A stretch of 64,000 bases of DNA from an uncultured archaeon (lineage in GTDB: Archaea; Thermoplasmatota; Penumbrarchaeia; JASLWR01), in assembly GCA_964430885.1 (NCBI GenBank), contig CAYSHM010000010.1:36601-100600 (forward strand). Reading direction: 5' to 3'. The notes under the pieces are model-generated. The model ran no database searches. It saw only the letters and a program-made list of their open reading frames with translations, and was not told the DNA's origin. Positions 1 to 11,060 of the stretch are shown here, in pieces; within the stretch, counting starts at the first letter, position 1, and the number at the start of each line of letters is the position of its first letter. A program made the position numbers and the translations under genes.

Positions 1-3000
1 GCAACGGTAAGTATGAAAACAATCTCTGGTATAGGAAAAGGTACCATCACCAAAGGTCCAAAAATATCCAGTAATAACTCCATCAGGATCAAAAGATTCC
101 TTGCTACTGAATTTCACAGGTTGGCCTTCATAGCATTCTTCAATTGAACATTTATCCAACCATATTTTTGCGCTAGGTGCCAAATTCTCCACCATGAATT
201 CATCTGATTTTATACCTTCATTCCCTCCTGAATCCACTGCAAAAACCCTGAATCTAAAACGTTCGCTCCTTTTTATGTTATTAAAATCATATTGACATTT
301 ATCTCCCGCAGTAACGGTTAGCACTTCCCACCCCTGCATATTCTGGGAGGTATATTGAAGAATATATATGTCCACTACTCCGCCACCGGCATCTTCGGTA
401 GAATTCCATTTTATAAAATACCCCATTAATTCCCGATTATCCTCGGATAATCTTACCTCTGCTACGAGACTGTTTACCTTATAAGGACGGATGCGGTCAA
501 TAAGTACGGGAATTTCAGCTACGGAATAATATCCTTTGATACCTGTATTTCCATATGGAATAATTGTCAAATAAATCTCGGTGTATTTTTCGGTAATACC
601 TTGGAAGGTGAAAGTTGTAATATTTCCTTCAAGAGTATAATTGAGAATATTTTCTTTGTAGGGTGCATTTCCTATCAGGATCCGGGTCCAATTCAAACCG
701 GATGGAGAGTTTCCGATCATATCCCAATCCCACTTGATGGATTGGGGACCTGTCGCTAAAATGGTAACAGATATCAATTTGCGGTCCGGAACGGGAGATG
801 AGCATCTTATTCGATATGAATCATGGTGGAAGGTATGCGTGCCCAATGAACTATTCCTGCCCAGGTTATCTTGTGCACAGATACCGAATATATGAGATCC
901 GTTTTCAACTCTTGGAACCTGTATCTCCAGAAAACCTCTGTCAATGTCTACAGAAGAAACCTTATAGCATTCAGCGGAACCTTCGTCTACGTTCCACCAG
1001 TATCTTCCAATATTGAACAGGGGATCATTGTTATAGATATCTATCAATTCTATCCTGAAAACAGGGCAGGTTTGGTTGCTCCAGCCCTCTAATAGGTCTT
1101 CCGGCAATGGGGTTGGAATTTCAGGTAGACATGGGTAGAACTGGACCGCATCTTCCTGATAAGGATCCAAAGACTGGTTCCCTGGCAGGGTCAGCCGTGC
1201 ATAAAATCCATATTCATCTTCAGATTGGACCACCTTGAGGAGGATGCGGTTAATTCCCTGTTTAAATGTGACTGGAACGACGAACTCATCTGCCCAAGCA
1301 CAATTTGTTTTTCTTTCCTCCAATAGGATAAGTTCACCGTTCAGCCAAACTTCTATCCCGTCATCCGCACCTATCCTAAGTTCATACTCGCCCTTTTCCC
1401 TGGTAAGTATGTTTGAAAATGCGTAGATGCTGTTATATTTCAAGTTCAGATCTTCCTCAGCAAGGTCGATATAATCACAGGGACTAGTATACTGATACCA
1501 TTCCAAACCATTCTCCACATCCCCGGGTGATGGTGACTCATCCCAGAAATCCCCAGACCCCGAATCATACAAATTACCTGTATCCAATTCAATATATTGA
1601 TTCTCCAAAGCATGCGGGTAATCAAGATTTGAAAAAGGACCTAGGAAAAGCCATTCCTTTTGTGTTCTGGGAACTTCAAGAAATTTAAAATAATCAATTG
1701 ATAATACAGTGGATGGGTCCGGAGAATCCTCAAGGATGAGTTTTAAACCAGTTATATTTAAACACTCTTCAGTATTATTGGCAATCCTGATCCATCCAGG
1801 ATGTTCTTCAAGTCTAATACCAATTTTATGAAATTCGTTATCCGGCGGTACTATGAAGCGGACCTTTTCCTGATCATTTCCAGGATATGTGATGCCTGCT
1901 TTGTTAGTCCATTCGAATAATATCGTTACCGGCTGTGCTCCTGAGTTCTTCAGCCTAGCTTCTATTGAAGTATTTACTGAAGGGTCCAATTGAACTAGAG
2001 GAGATCTAAGATAGGTCCCAGCAGTAAGATCATGGATATCCCACCGGCCATCCATAGGATAATCATTTCTACGGGGAAAAATCTCCCACCCATCCTTCAA
2101 TGTAGGTCTGTCGAAATTCCAGCAATTTTTCATAACCGGTACATCCATGACCTTGAGAGGTGAAAGCAATTTCTCCGAGAAAACGCTGTCTCTTATAGCC
2201 CAGCCATAATTGGGATAGTTTTTAAAGTACCAGTATTTGAAAAGGCAAACCCCCTTGGCCCCCTCCTGTCTAGCAATGGTGATCTGGTCCTTCAACAAAT
2301 CGATTCCCTGCTCTTCTGTGTTTACAGACCCATGAGCAGAATTTTCTGGTGTATAAACATAGGTTCCAACGTAAATGTTCTTACCATTGCAGTGATCCAC
2401 ATGATTGTCTGCACAGCTCCTGAAACTCGATCTACTGGTTGTGTAGGTCATCGGCGTAAGATAGTCCACCAGATTCTCCTCGGTCCATCTTCTGGCATCC
2501 TGATACCAGCTAGAATATCCCCATGAATAACCGCTGGCAACATCGGCACCGATCCAAAGATAGGGCTTATAGTCATTTACCCGTTCGCGGAACATCCTTA
2601 CCATTTTTGTCAGTTCATCAGCCTGCCAATCTCTTCTGGAGCTGTAGCCTGACTCAGCGAAAGCCTGATTGGAATATGAATCATATGAATATGAGCCGGA
2701 CCGATACCGTATATGATCAAGTTTCATACCGTCTATTGGATAAGACGCAATTTCCATGAGAATATCCACAACAAACTCTCTTGCTTCGGGTATAGCAGGG
2801 TTGATCCAGTTGACCGGAGCACCGGAACTTGACACCTGCCTCCATTCAGGGTGGTCCCTGCAAGCAAAATAATTGGGCATTACACTTATCCATGGATGTA
2901 TCTCAATTCCCTTCTTATGCGCTTCGATGCATAATGTCATTAACGGATTAAAATCAGGCTTTACATCCACATGCTTCGGATAAAATTCAGAATTGTAATA

Positions 3001-3408
3001 CACACCTGCCCATTCACCATTGATTATAGGGCTTACGGCATTGAAATTATGCGTGACTGCAAAGTCAACCAAATCTATAATATCGGTGTGATTTACAATT
3101 CGGTAGCCAACGGTCCACAGACTTCTGTATTCGGTCTCTGCATCCTCCTTTCCTTCACGGGTTGAATCGATGATATGTTCTTTCCGGGCTGTACATTTGA
3201 GATGAGCATTTCCAATTCCTTCCGTGTTGCTGGCTCCAAATGACCTAATTTCCGATGTATCAACTTCATGATCATTACTGTCGGATGTAAAATCAGAGAA
3301 CTGAAAAGGATTTAGAAATAGGAACAGGACTAACATCAATAACAATCGGCTCCAAAATCGATACTTTGATCGATCATTGCCACCAATATTCGTACTTGGG
3401 CCCTTCAT
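1..3408 (-). CDS. GHL10/DUF187 glycoside hydrolase-like surface protein, paralog 3 in transcription order; 3'-truncated by the window edge and not in the ORF track
   Basis: Hand translation from ATG at 3408 (MKGPSTNIGG...). The segments checked stay in frame and give EYRSLWTVGY, LCIEAHKKGIEIHPW, YPIDGMKLDHIRY, YQDARRWTEENLVDY and a PKD motif (SFDPDG...YFWTFGDGTFSY) at the window edge. Colinear with the two upstream paralogs. Confidence 0.85.
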   Translation of the reverse strand, partial: MKGPSTNIGGNDRSKYRFWSRLLLMLVLFLFLNPFQFSDFTSDSNDHEVDTSEIRSFGASNTEGIGNAHLKCTARKEHIIDSTREGKEDAETEYRSLWTVGYRIVNHTDIIDLVDFAVTHNFNAVSPIINGEWAGVYYNSEFYPKHVDVKPDFNPLMTLCIEAHKKGIEIHPWISVMPNYFACRDHPEWRQVSSSGAPVNWINPAIPEAREFVVDILMEIASYPIDGMKLDHIRYRSGSYSYDSYSNQAFAESGYSSRRDWQADELTKMVRMFRERVNDYKPYLWIGADVASGYSWGYSSWYQDARRWTEENLVDYLTPMTYTTSRSSFRSCADNHVDHCNGKNIYVGTYVYTPENSAHGSVNTEEQGIDLLKDQITIARQEGAKGVCLFKYWYFKNYPNYGWAIRDSVFSEKLLSPLKVMDVPVMKNCWNFDRPTLKDGWEIFPRRNDYPMDGRWDIHDLTAGTYLRSPLVQLDPSVNTSIEARLKNSGAQPVTILFEWTNKAGITYPGNDQEKVRFIVPPDNEFHKIGIRLEEHPGWIRIANNTEECLNITGLKLILEDSPDPSTVLSIDYFKFLEVPRTQKEWLFLGPFSNLDYPHALENQYIELDTGNLYDSGSGDFWDESPSPGDVENGLEWYQYTSPCDYIDLAEEDLNLKYNSIYAFSNILTREKGEYELRIGADDGIEVWLNGELILLEERKTNCAWADEFVVPVTFKQGINRILLKVVQSEDEYGFYARLTLPGNQSLDPYQEDAVQFYPCLPEIPTPLPEDLLEGWSNQTCPVFRIELIDIYNNDPLFNIGRYWWNVDEGSAECYKVSSVDIDRGFLEIQVPRVENGSHIFGICAQDNLGRNSSLGTHTFHHDSYRIRCSSPVPDRKLISVTILATGPQSIKWDWDMIGNSPSGLNWTRILIGNAPYKENILNYTLEGNITTFTFQGITEKYTEIYLTIIPYGNTGIKGYYSVAEIPVLIDRIRPYKVNSLVAEVRLSEDNRELMGYFIKWNSTEDAGGGVVDIYILQYTSQNMQGWEVLTVTAGDKCQYDFNNIKRSERFRFRVFAVDSGGNEGIKSDEFMVENLAPSAKIWLDKCSIEECYEGQPVKFSSKESFDPDGVITGYFWTFGDGTFSYTRDCFHTYRC

Positions 3409-3480
3409 ATTAATCCTTTTATTTGGTATTTTTTCGGTTGATTCATTCTATTTTTATAGCTAACCACTTATTATTTCGGA

Positions 3481-6400
3481 TCATATCTCGAATTCATTTA
3501 TCAGTAATTTCTCAGTACTCCTAACATCCATTTCCGAGAGGTCTATGTTCTGAGACCTTGTTTCCATCTCCTTTTCACTTGAACTCTTCCTCCTCAGATA
3601 CAACGCGAAATTGAGAAGAAGGAAAAACAAGCATACTATACCAAGAAGAAGAAAAGGGAAATATTTTGAGAGAAAACTGGTGATCAAACCACCTGAATCT
3701 GCGGTTTCATTTTCAGAGTTGTCCGGTCCGGAATCTGTTTCTGGCAAATCTCCGACATCGGAATCATCACCGGATTGTGCAGAGTTATTTGCATTGCTAT
3801 TTGTTTCATTTGCCAATTGCTGGGGTGGGCTGGTGATATTTATAAGATAGGTAGTTACATTATAGGCTCCGAACTCATCAAAAACTGAGAGCGAAACCGT
3901 AAAAATACCCGCCTTCCTGAATGTATGAAAGGTCTTCTCGTCGTAAGAAAAAGTGCCATCGCCATAATTCCAATAATAATCGTACACATACCCGTCAGGA
4001 TCGTAAGAATTCCCCGCATAGAATAATACAGGCATACCCACGAATGTTTCATTTATATCTATCATAGGAGAAGATATTACAGAGGTAGGAGCCAGGTTCT
4101 CAACCAGAATATCCTCGGAAGCGGGTCCTTGATTTCCGCTCACGTCAACAGCAAACACCCTGAACCTGTACCTTTCACTTCTAGAGGGATTACCAAAAGA
4201 AAAAGTCGTCTTATCTCCTTCAGTTGTACCCAGCTGCTTCCAATTCATGATGTTCTGGGATCGGTATTCAACAACAAAGCGGTCCAACTGTTCCTTGGTG
4301 CCAGATGAATACAGTTCGTCCCATGAAATGATGTAACTAATTAAACTATGGCCGTCAGGAGCAATATCTGGTAGATATCTCAATCCCGATACCTTATCCG
4401 GTTTAGAGTTATCGATAATCACAGGTACCTGAGAAGATGTCTTCAATCCCTCCAGGCCTGCATTGCTGGTAGGAATGAGAGATAAATAGATACTATTGTA
4501 ATAATCTGTAAGAATATCATAGGTAAAGGAAAGTGATTCTCCGCTTATATTGATCTTATGGATATTGGAATTTCCGGGTGAACTTCCTAACCAAATCTGA
4601 ACATGTGATATCCCAGAACAACAGGGTGTGACAATATCCCAATTCCAGGTGACTTTTTGCTGGGACTGGGATAGTTCAGTTACTCCTATGAGTTCCCTAT
4701 CAGGAACAGGAATGGAAAATTTCGGCAAGGTTCGATCAACTTTATATGTATGATTGCCCCAGCTGGAGTTTCTGCCGATACCATCCTGAGCTCTGACAGA
4801 ATATGTATGGTATCCGTTGGAAATATTGGTCAGTTCATGTTCCATATATCCTTTCAATATATTCGATTCGTGGACTGCCAATAGCTTTGGGTTTTCATTA
4901 TCTATCTTCCACCAATATTTCCCAACACTGAAAAAAGGGTCTGGATCTTCAGAGATGACGAAATGGAACCTCATTGAATTATTGTCACGGGTGATCCATT
5001 CATCTACAAGGTCGTCTGGCTCCGGTTCAGGCAGAGGAGGTAGAACAGTATAGTAACTGAGCAAATCATCAACACTGCCATTGTTCTCATCCGTCAACCG
5101 AAAATAGAAACCGTATTCTCCTGTTTTCTGAACCAGTTTCAGCATTAATGAATTTATCCCTTCTGAAAGGGAAATCGGAATGGTCAGGTTATCAACCTCG
5201 GCCTGCTGTACCACCTTGTCGTCCCGGATTACTTCCTCACCATTGACCCATAAGACCACACCATCATCCGCACCCACTTTCAGATGATATTCCATATCCA
5301 TTTCAGATATGACATTGGTATAGAAATATGTGGATTCCGCTTCATTACCTAAACCCAGATCATAGAGATCTATGTAATCTCTGGTTGTTGTGAATTCTGC
5401 CCATTCCAAACCGGATTCTATCTGTCCGGGCTCAGGAGGGATGCAGGTGAAATAGGTGTTATTATTATCTGGAGGAAGATCAAATTCACTGAATGGCCGG
5501 CCAACTATAGAAGCACGATCCATTTCCATGGCTGAAAAATAATCCGTGTTCTGAAAGGGTCCCAGCTTTAACCAATCCTTTTGGCAATCCGGATCGGATT
5601 GAAACTTGAAGTAATCAAGAGTAAGTGTAGCTGATGGATCGGCATTATCGATTACTGATATGTTGAATCGGGTGATCCTTGCGGTATTTGGATCACCATT
5701 TCCCTTGATACCCCAGCCAGCTACTTCATCCAAACGATGGCCGTAAGTGTGAAATTGTCCATCAGGTGGAAGCTGGAACTCAACCTTATTCTCATTCTGT
5801 TTGGGGTATTCCCAGCCAACATCATTTTTCCAGGTGAAAGATAATATTAAAGGGTTATTGCCGTCATTCTTTGCCCTTAACTCCAGTGTCGGAGCTGAGT
5901 GAGGATCCATATCCAAAAGAGGTGAGACCAATGTGGTGCCTTCATATGCATTGTGAATCTCCCACTGATCGTTCATGGGATGATCGTATCGTCTTGGAAA
6001 AATATTCCAGCATTCCCTGTAGGTTGTCTGGTTGAATTCCCATTCTGTTCTGTACACTGGCACTGTCAATTTCTTAACAGGGGCCCATGTTCTGTTGGGA
6101 AATACAGAATTCAAAGCCCATGCATATTCGGGATTGTCCCTCAGGAACTCATATCGGAAAAGACAGACCCCATCGGCACCTTCGGTTTGGGCAATATCTA
6201 TCAGATCCACTATTAGAGCAATTCCCTCTTCATCGGTCTCTACTTGACCGTGAGCAGTATTGCCCGCTGTATATACATATGGACCAGCTATGATCTGATC
6301 ACAATACTGAGCCCTTACATAACTTCTCACACTATTTCTGAAGCTGTTCCTGTTAGGGGTATAAATCATGGGTGTCAAGTAATCTATTATGCCTTCCCTC

Positions 6401-7242
6401 GCCCACTGGGAACCTCCCCCATCAATTGAGTACCAGAAATCGGGTTTATATTCATGAACCGCTTCACTGAACATTCTGAGCATCTCCGTAAACTGGTCAC
6501 GCTCCCAAACCTGTTTACTAGCATATCCGGATTGAGCCCAGGCCTGCATCGTATAATCGTCATATGAATCAGGAATGTAAAGATGATCCATTCTCAATCC
6601 GTCTATGGGATAAGTACACATCTCCATATACATATCTACAAGATATTCTCTACAATCAGGTCTATTAGTATTGAACCCCCGGCCTGAGGGAACGCCGTTC
6701 TGATCAACCACCCTGAATTCAGGGTGTTCTATAAAGGCCCAGCGATTCGTATGGGGATGTATCCAAACATGAACCTCTATACCCCGCTTGTGCGCCTCTA
6801 TACACAGGTTCATCAGTGGATCAAAACCAGGGGCTATATCGACATGTAGGGGGTAGAATTCCGATTGATAATACACTCCTCTGCCCTCTCCATTTATAAT
6901 TGGACTGACAACATTGAAATTATAATCCTCGCAGAAGTTCAGGAGCTCAAGGATATTACTGATATTGATTATACTGTAGCCAATGGTCCACATTCCCCTG
7001 TACTCTACAAGCTCACCGCTCTCACCAACCTCCAATCTACTTTCGAGTTCAGAATCCGAAGGAACGACCAACAATCGATTCTCCTGTGATATCCCAGTTT
7101 CCTCCGATATTGGGTTATACGTTTTGTCCAACGGGATAGGCGTAAATAGGAATAATATTGCAATGTACATAATGAACAAACGAAGTCCAGTTTTCCTGAT
7201 CTTCTTATCCCTTTTCATTCTATCACTTGGTTTACTTTGCAT
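3481..7242 (-). CDS. GHL10/DUF187 glycoside hydrolase-like protein with PA14-like beta-sandwich, FN3, PKD and C-terminal TM anchor (paralog 2)
   Basis: N-terminal hydrophobic signal; EYRGMW, DPL..LCIEAHKRGIEVHVW, YPIDGLRMD, IDYLTPMIY; WLKLGPF...GADDGVVLWVNG; YRFRVFAVDVSGN (FN3); SYDPDG..YYWNYGDG (PKD); TM FPFLLLGIVCLFFLLLNFALYL followed by RRK. Confidence 0.85.
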   Translation of the reverse strand: MQSKPSDRMKRDKKIRKTGLRLFIMYIAILFLFTPIPLDKTYNPISEETGISQENRLLVVPSDSELESRLEVGESGELVEYRGMWTIGYSIINISNILELLNFCEDYNFNVVSPIINGEGRGVYYQSEFYPLHVDIAPGFDPLMNLCIEAHKRGIEVHVWIHPHTNRWAFIEHPEFRVVDQNGVPSGRGFNTNRPDCREYLVDMYMEMCTYPIDGLRMDHLYIPDSYDDYTMQAWAQSGYASKQVWERDQFTEMLRMFSEAVHEYKPDFWYSIDGGGSQWAREGIIDYLTPMIYTPNRNSFRNSVRSYVRAQYCDQIIAGPYVYTAGNTAHGQVETDEEGIALIVDLIDIAQTEGADGVCLFRYEFLRDNPEYAWALNSVFPNRTWAPVKKLTVPVYRTEWEFNQTTYRECWNIFPRRYDHPMNDQWEIHNAYEGTTLVSPLLDMDPHSAPTLELRAKNDGNNPLILSFTWKNDVGWEYPKQNENKVEFQLPPDGQFHTYGHRLDEVAGWGIKGNGDPNTARITRFNISVIDNADPSATLTLDYFKFQSDPDCQKDWLKLGPFQNTDYFSAMEMDRASIVGRPFSEFDLPPDNNNTYFTCIPPEPGQIESGLEWAEFTTTRDYIDLYDLGLGNEAESTYFYTNVISEMDMEYHLKVGADDGVVLWVNGEEVIRDDKVVQQAEVDNLTIPISLSEGINSLMLKLVQKTGEYGFYFRLTDENNGSVDDLLSYYTVLPPLPEPEPDDLVDEWITRDNNSMRFHFVISEDPDPFFSVGKYWWKIDNENPKLLAVHESNILKGYMEHELTNISNGYHTYSVRAQDGIGRNSSWGNHTYKVDRTLPKFSIPVPDRELIGVTELSQSQQKVTWNWDIVTPCCSGISHVQIWLGSSPGNSNIHKINISGESLSFTYDILTDYYNSIYLSLIPTSNAGLEGLKTSSQVPVIIDNSKPDKVSGLRYLPDIAPDGHSLISYIISWDELYSSGTKEQLDRFVVEYRSQNIMNWKQLGTTEGDKTTFSFGNPSRSERYRFRVFAVDVSGNQGPASEDILVENLAPTSVISSPMIDINETFVGMPVLFYAGNSYDPDGYVYDYYWNYGDGTFSYDEKTFHTFRKAGIFTVSLSVFDEFGAYNVTTYLINITSPPQQLANETNSNANNSAQSGDDSDVGDLPETDSGPDNSENETADSGGLITSFLSKYFPFLLLGIVCLFFLLLNFALYLRRKSSSEKEMETRSQNIDLSEMDVRSTEKLLINEFEI

Positions 7243-7322
7243 AGGGCTGGATTCTTTCCATATCGACTGTTCGAGCAGTTCTAACGATATCTCTTCCAGT
7301 AAATTGATACTAACCGGGTCTG

Positions 7323-10300
7323 CTAATCATCAATTCGATCATATTCAACATCATCATTACCAATTTCCTTAGGGGATTTCCCGAATTGTGAGCGTTTAAA
7401 AAGCAATGAAACTGAGAACAACAGCAGAAACACAGCTATACATGCAATAAGTATGTAAAGTACTGGCGATTCGGTAATCGGTTCTTCTTTTTCCTTCTCA
7501 ACATCTGTATTATTACCGTCTGTAGCATCTGAATTATTCAATTCTGTACCGTCATCATCAACATCTGTTGCGTTCAAAACCTCCCTTTCGGGTGATATTG
7601 TAATATTTATGAAATTTTTTGTGATATTGTAGGCACCGAAATCATCATAGACTGTAAGCATTATCTCGTATAATCCTTCCTCTCGGTAAGTATGAAATAC
7701 CGATCCTTCATAGGAAAAGGTTCCATCTCCGAAGGACCAAAAATGTTCATGAACAATCCCATCAGGATCATAGGAGATATTTGCCGTGAACAGCAGCGGA
7801 TATCCCGAATATGTTCCGTTCTGCTGATTTGCAGAGTATTGGATAATTGCAGTAGGCTCAAGGTTCGGGATGGTATAATCCTCTGAAACCGGGCCGTAAT
7901 TTCCCGCGGTATCAACTGCATAGATACGGAATCGATAGCGTTCGCTGCGCTGTATCTTATCGAATTGATAGCTGGTTTTGGAAACTTCTACCTCGGCCAG
8001 GATTTTCCATTCTACAAGGTTTTGACTTGTATATTCCAGCACATACCGATCTAGATCCCCAAAGGCACCAGGATCCTCAACTGGGTCCCAGGATATTGAA
8101 TATGATTCCATGCTCCTTCCATTTTGAGACACATTTGGAGTGATTTCAAGTGAACCTACTCTCTCGGGTCTCAATCTATCTATCACAACAGGATTGCTGG
8201 TCTGGGGATCTCCTGAAATATTGGTATAGCTCACTGGAACCACAGTGAAATAAATGCTCTTGTGAGAGGTTGAGATTCCATCGAATGTATATTCTTCCAC
8301 AACTCCTTCCAGTGAATCAGTATAGATATTGGATGATCCAGTAGTGTCGCCGATAAAGATCTCAGTACGTGTTATTCTGGAAGGACAGTCTTTTATCAAG
8401 GACCAGAACCAGGTAACAGGCTGTTCGGAATTCTGAAGATCGGATATGCCAATGAGGTCCTTATCAGACACTGGTTTTGAGTAAGCGGGAATGTCATTAT
8501 CCACCTTGAAGATATGTTCTCCCCATGTGCTGTTCCGTCCCAATGCGTCCTGAGCTAGAATGTAGAAAGTATGCTCTCCGCTATCCACCTGGTTCACCTC
8601 AATTGATAAAATTTCATCATTGATGATCTGGTCATTCACATATACTTCAACAGGTGAATCAGAATCTATTTTCCACCAGTAACTTGTCACATCGAAATGC
8701 GGGTCCGGGTCGGAGGTCTCTATATGGTCCATAGTAAATGAAAGTGCTGTAAGGTTAAGCCAACCGTCGGATTGATCATCTGGAACAGGAGCAGGAATGT
8801 CCGGAAGTACAGGATAGAACTTAAGTTCATCACTAACCGAATTGTTCATGTAATCGGTCATTCGAAGATAAAAACCGAAAGCGCTGGTATTCTGACTCAA
8901 CTTAAGCACCAACTGGTTCAACCCTTCTCTAACATTGATGGAAACAATGTAATTATCTACCTGAGCTTTTAGGACCGACCCATTATCATGAGATACCATC
9001 TCCCCATTGAACCACATCATATGGGCATCATCCCCACCTAGCCTTATTTGATAATCACCCTCTTGACCGGAGAGAATATGAGAAAAGACGTACATTGTAT
9101 TGAAATCATCATTCCAACCCTTATCAATAAAACTAACATAATCAGTTGTGGTAGAGTACTTTTTCCATTCTTTTCCGCTTGTGATCTGACCTTCTTCCGG
9201 CATTATATCTATCGGACCGCCAAACGACCAGTTACCCTCAGTCGAACTATCATGAGGAATATGAAGATTTCCGACGGCAACCTGGTAATCAACGTTTTGG
9301 AAAGGACCCAATAGGAGCCACTCTTTTTGGCATCGGGGAACATTTAGAAACCTAAGATAATCAAGGTGAATTTGAGGGTTCGTCTCATTTGCATCAACCA
9401 CCTTTAAAAATGTTCGTGATATCCTGAGATTTCTATCCAGATTCTCATCGAAAATCACCCATGATGAACGGTTATCGAGTCTGGACCCCATGGTGTGGTA
9501 TTCACCATCAGGCGGAATCGTAAAATAGATCGGATCTTCATCATCCTTGGGATAATAGATATTTTTCTCGTTGGACCATGAAAATTCAAGTTTTAAAGGC
9601 CGACTTCCCGAATTTTTCACCCTAAATTCAATCGATGAGTGATTCACAGGGTCCAAGTTCAACAGAGGGGAGACCAGTTCGGTTCCGGATACCGCATTTG
9701 TAACCTTCCATTCTCCATTCAGAGGATAATCATATCTTCTGGGAAACAACTCCCACCCTTCTCTGAGGGAAGGGTCGTTGAATTCCCATCCACTCTTATT
9801 GACTGGAACTGTTTGTTCCTTGAGGGGCGTCCAAACCTTTTGAGAATAGGGGCCATCCTTGAGATGCCATCCATAGCTCGGATGTTCCTCCAGATATTTG
9901 TAGCTAAACATACTGATGCCGTCAGCATTATTATTCCGTGCTATTTCTATCTGATCCAAAAGAAGATTGATCCCTTCTTCCTCGGTCTCTACACTTCCGT
10001 GGGCTGAATTTCCAGGAACATAAACATATGGTCCAGCATTTAGGAGATTTCCATGCTTATTCTGAACGTAATCTCTAAGGGAAGACTCGAATGAACTCCT
10101 ACTGGTGGTATATCCCATTATCTGTAAATAATCCACCCATCCCTCCTCTGTCCAAAACCGGTTATCCTGATAAACACCGTGATACCAGCTGGAATAACTC
10201 TGCCAAACATCCGCACCAAGCCAAAGATAGGGTTTATATTCGTTGAGCGCTGCCCTGACCATTTTAACAAGTTCACTCACTTGATCCCTCTGCCATTGAG

Positions 10301-11024
10301 CTCTATCAGTGTAACCTGAATCTGCAAAGGCCTGATTTGAATAGGGATCGTATGAATAGCTTCCGCTTCCGTACCTTATAGTATCCATCTTAATTCCATC
10401 AACAGGATAGGAGGCGATTTCCATAACCATATTTACCAGATGTTCCCTGACATCCGGTCTTGACGGCGTTATCCAAACTGTACTGGGCGATCCTCCGCTC
10501 GATACCTGGGGCCAATCCTGATGCTGAATTCTGGCTAAAACATTGTAGCACATATGGACCCATGGATGCACCTCGATCCCACGTTTATGAGCTTCTATGC
10601 AGAGATCTTCCAAAGGATTGAAATTCCAGGCTACATCAATATGTTTTGGATATATATATGAATAATAGAAAACACCGTCACTATCTCCATTAATGAGAGG
10701 GCTTAATACGTTTATATTGTGAGAATCCGCAAATTCTACCAAGGCCAAAACCTCACTGTGGTTGACTATCTTGTATCCATCGCACCACATGCCTCGGTAT
10801 TCAATGTCGTTATCATCCCTGGATATGTAAATACTACCTTTATCGGTATGAATGATATTATCTTCTATGACTGTTTCTTTTTCCGATATCGAAATTTCTT
10901 CTTCACAAACCGAATATTCATTGATGATATCGTTATAGAAAATTGAGAGCATCATCCCCAGGATAAGTATGAATAATGCAAAGAAGCAGGCAGTTTTCTG
11001 TTTGATTTTCCCAGGTACCTTCAA
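7323..11024 (-). CDS. GHL10/DUF187 glycoside hydrolase-like protein with PA14-like, FN3, PKD and C-terminal TM anchor (paralog 1)
   Basis: TTG start with AGGTG RBS; EYRGMW, LCIEAHKRGIEVHPW, WITPSRPDVREHL, YPVDGIKMDTIRY, YQDNRFW..GWVDY; same downstream domain order as 3481..7242; TM VLYILIACIAVFLLLFSVSLLF followed by KR. Confidence 0.85.
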   Translation of the reverse strand: MKVPGKIKQKTACFFALFILILGMMLSIFYNDIINEYSVCEEEISISEKETVIEDNIIHTDKGSIYISRDDNDIEYRGMWCDGYKIVNHSEVLALVEFADSHNINVLSPLINGDSDGVFYYSYIYPKHIDVAWNFNPLEDLCIEAHKRGIEVHPWVHMCYNVLARIQHQDWPQVSSGGSPSTVWITPSRPDVREHLVNMVMEIASYPVDGIKMDTIRYGSGSYSYDPYSNQAFADSGYTDRAQWQRDQVSELVKMVRAALNEYKPYLWLGADVWQSYSSWYHGVYQDNRFWTEEGWVDYLQIMGYTTSRSSFESSLRDYVQNKHGNLLNAGPYVYVPGNSAHGSVETEEEGINLLLDQIEIARNNNADGISMFSYKYLEEHPSYGWHLKDGPYSQKVWTPLKEQTVPVNKSGWEFNDPSLREGWELFPRRYDYPLNGEWKVTNAVSGTELVSPLLNLDPVNHSSIEFRVKNSGSRPLKLEFSWSNEKNIYYPKDDEDPIYFTIPPDGEYHTMGSRLDNRSSWVIFDENLDRNLRISRTFLKVVDANETNPQIHLDYLRFLNVPRCQKEWLLLGPFQNVDYQVAVGNLHIPHDSSTEGNWSFGGPIDIMPEEGQITSGKEWKKYSTTTDYVSFIDKGWNDDFNTMYVFSHILSGQEGDYQIRLGGDDAHMMWFNGEMVSHDNGSVLKAQVDNYIVSINVREGLNQLVLKLSQNTSAFGFYLRMTDYMNNSVSDELKFYPVLPDIPAPVPDDQSDGWLNLTALSFTMDHIETSDPDPHFDVTSYWWKIDSDSPVEVYVNDQIINDEILSIEVNQVDSGEHTFYILAQDALGRNSTWGEHIFKVDNDIPAYSKPVSDKDLIGISDLQNSEQPVTWFWSLIKDCPSRITRTEIFIGDTTGSSNIYTDSLEGVVEEYTFDGISTSHKSIYFTVVPVSYTNISGDPQTSNPVVIDRLRPERVGSLEITPNVSQNGRSMESYSISWDPVEDPGAFGDLDRYVLEYTSQNLVEWKILAEVEVSKTSYQFDKIQRSERYRFRIYAVDTAGNYGPVSEDYTIPNLEPTAIIQYSANQQNGTYSGYPLLFTANISYDPDGIVHEHFWSFGDGTFSYEGSVFHTYREEGLYEIMLTVYDDFGAYNITKNFINITISPEREVLNATDVDDDGTELNNSDATDGNNTDVEKEKEEPITESPVLYILIACIAVFLLLFSVSLLFKRSQFGKSPKEIGNDDVEYDRIDD

Positions 11025-11060
11025 TTAAACACCTTTATGATTTTCTTTGTTTCAATTGTA

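Noticed and set aside
798-3275. Short ORFs in the track over 798..3275
   Set aside because: They overlap the long minus-strand GHL10 paralog (1..3408) that the track missed because its stop lies outside the window.
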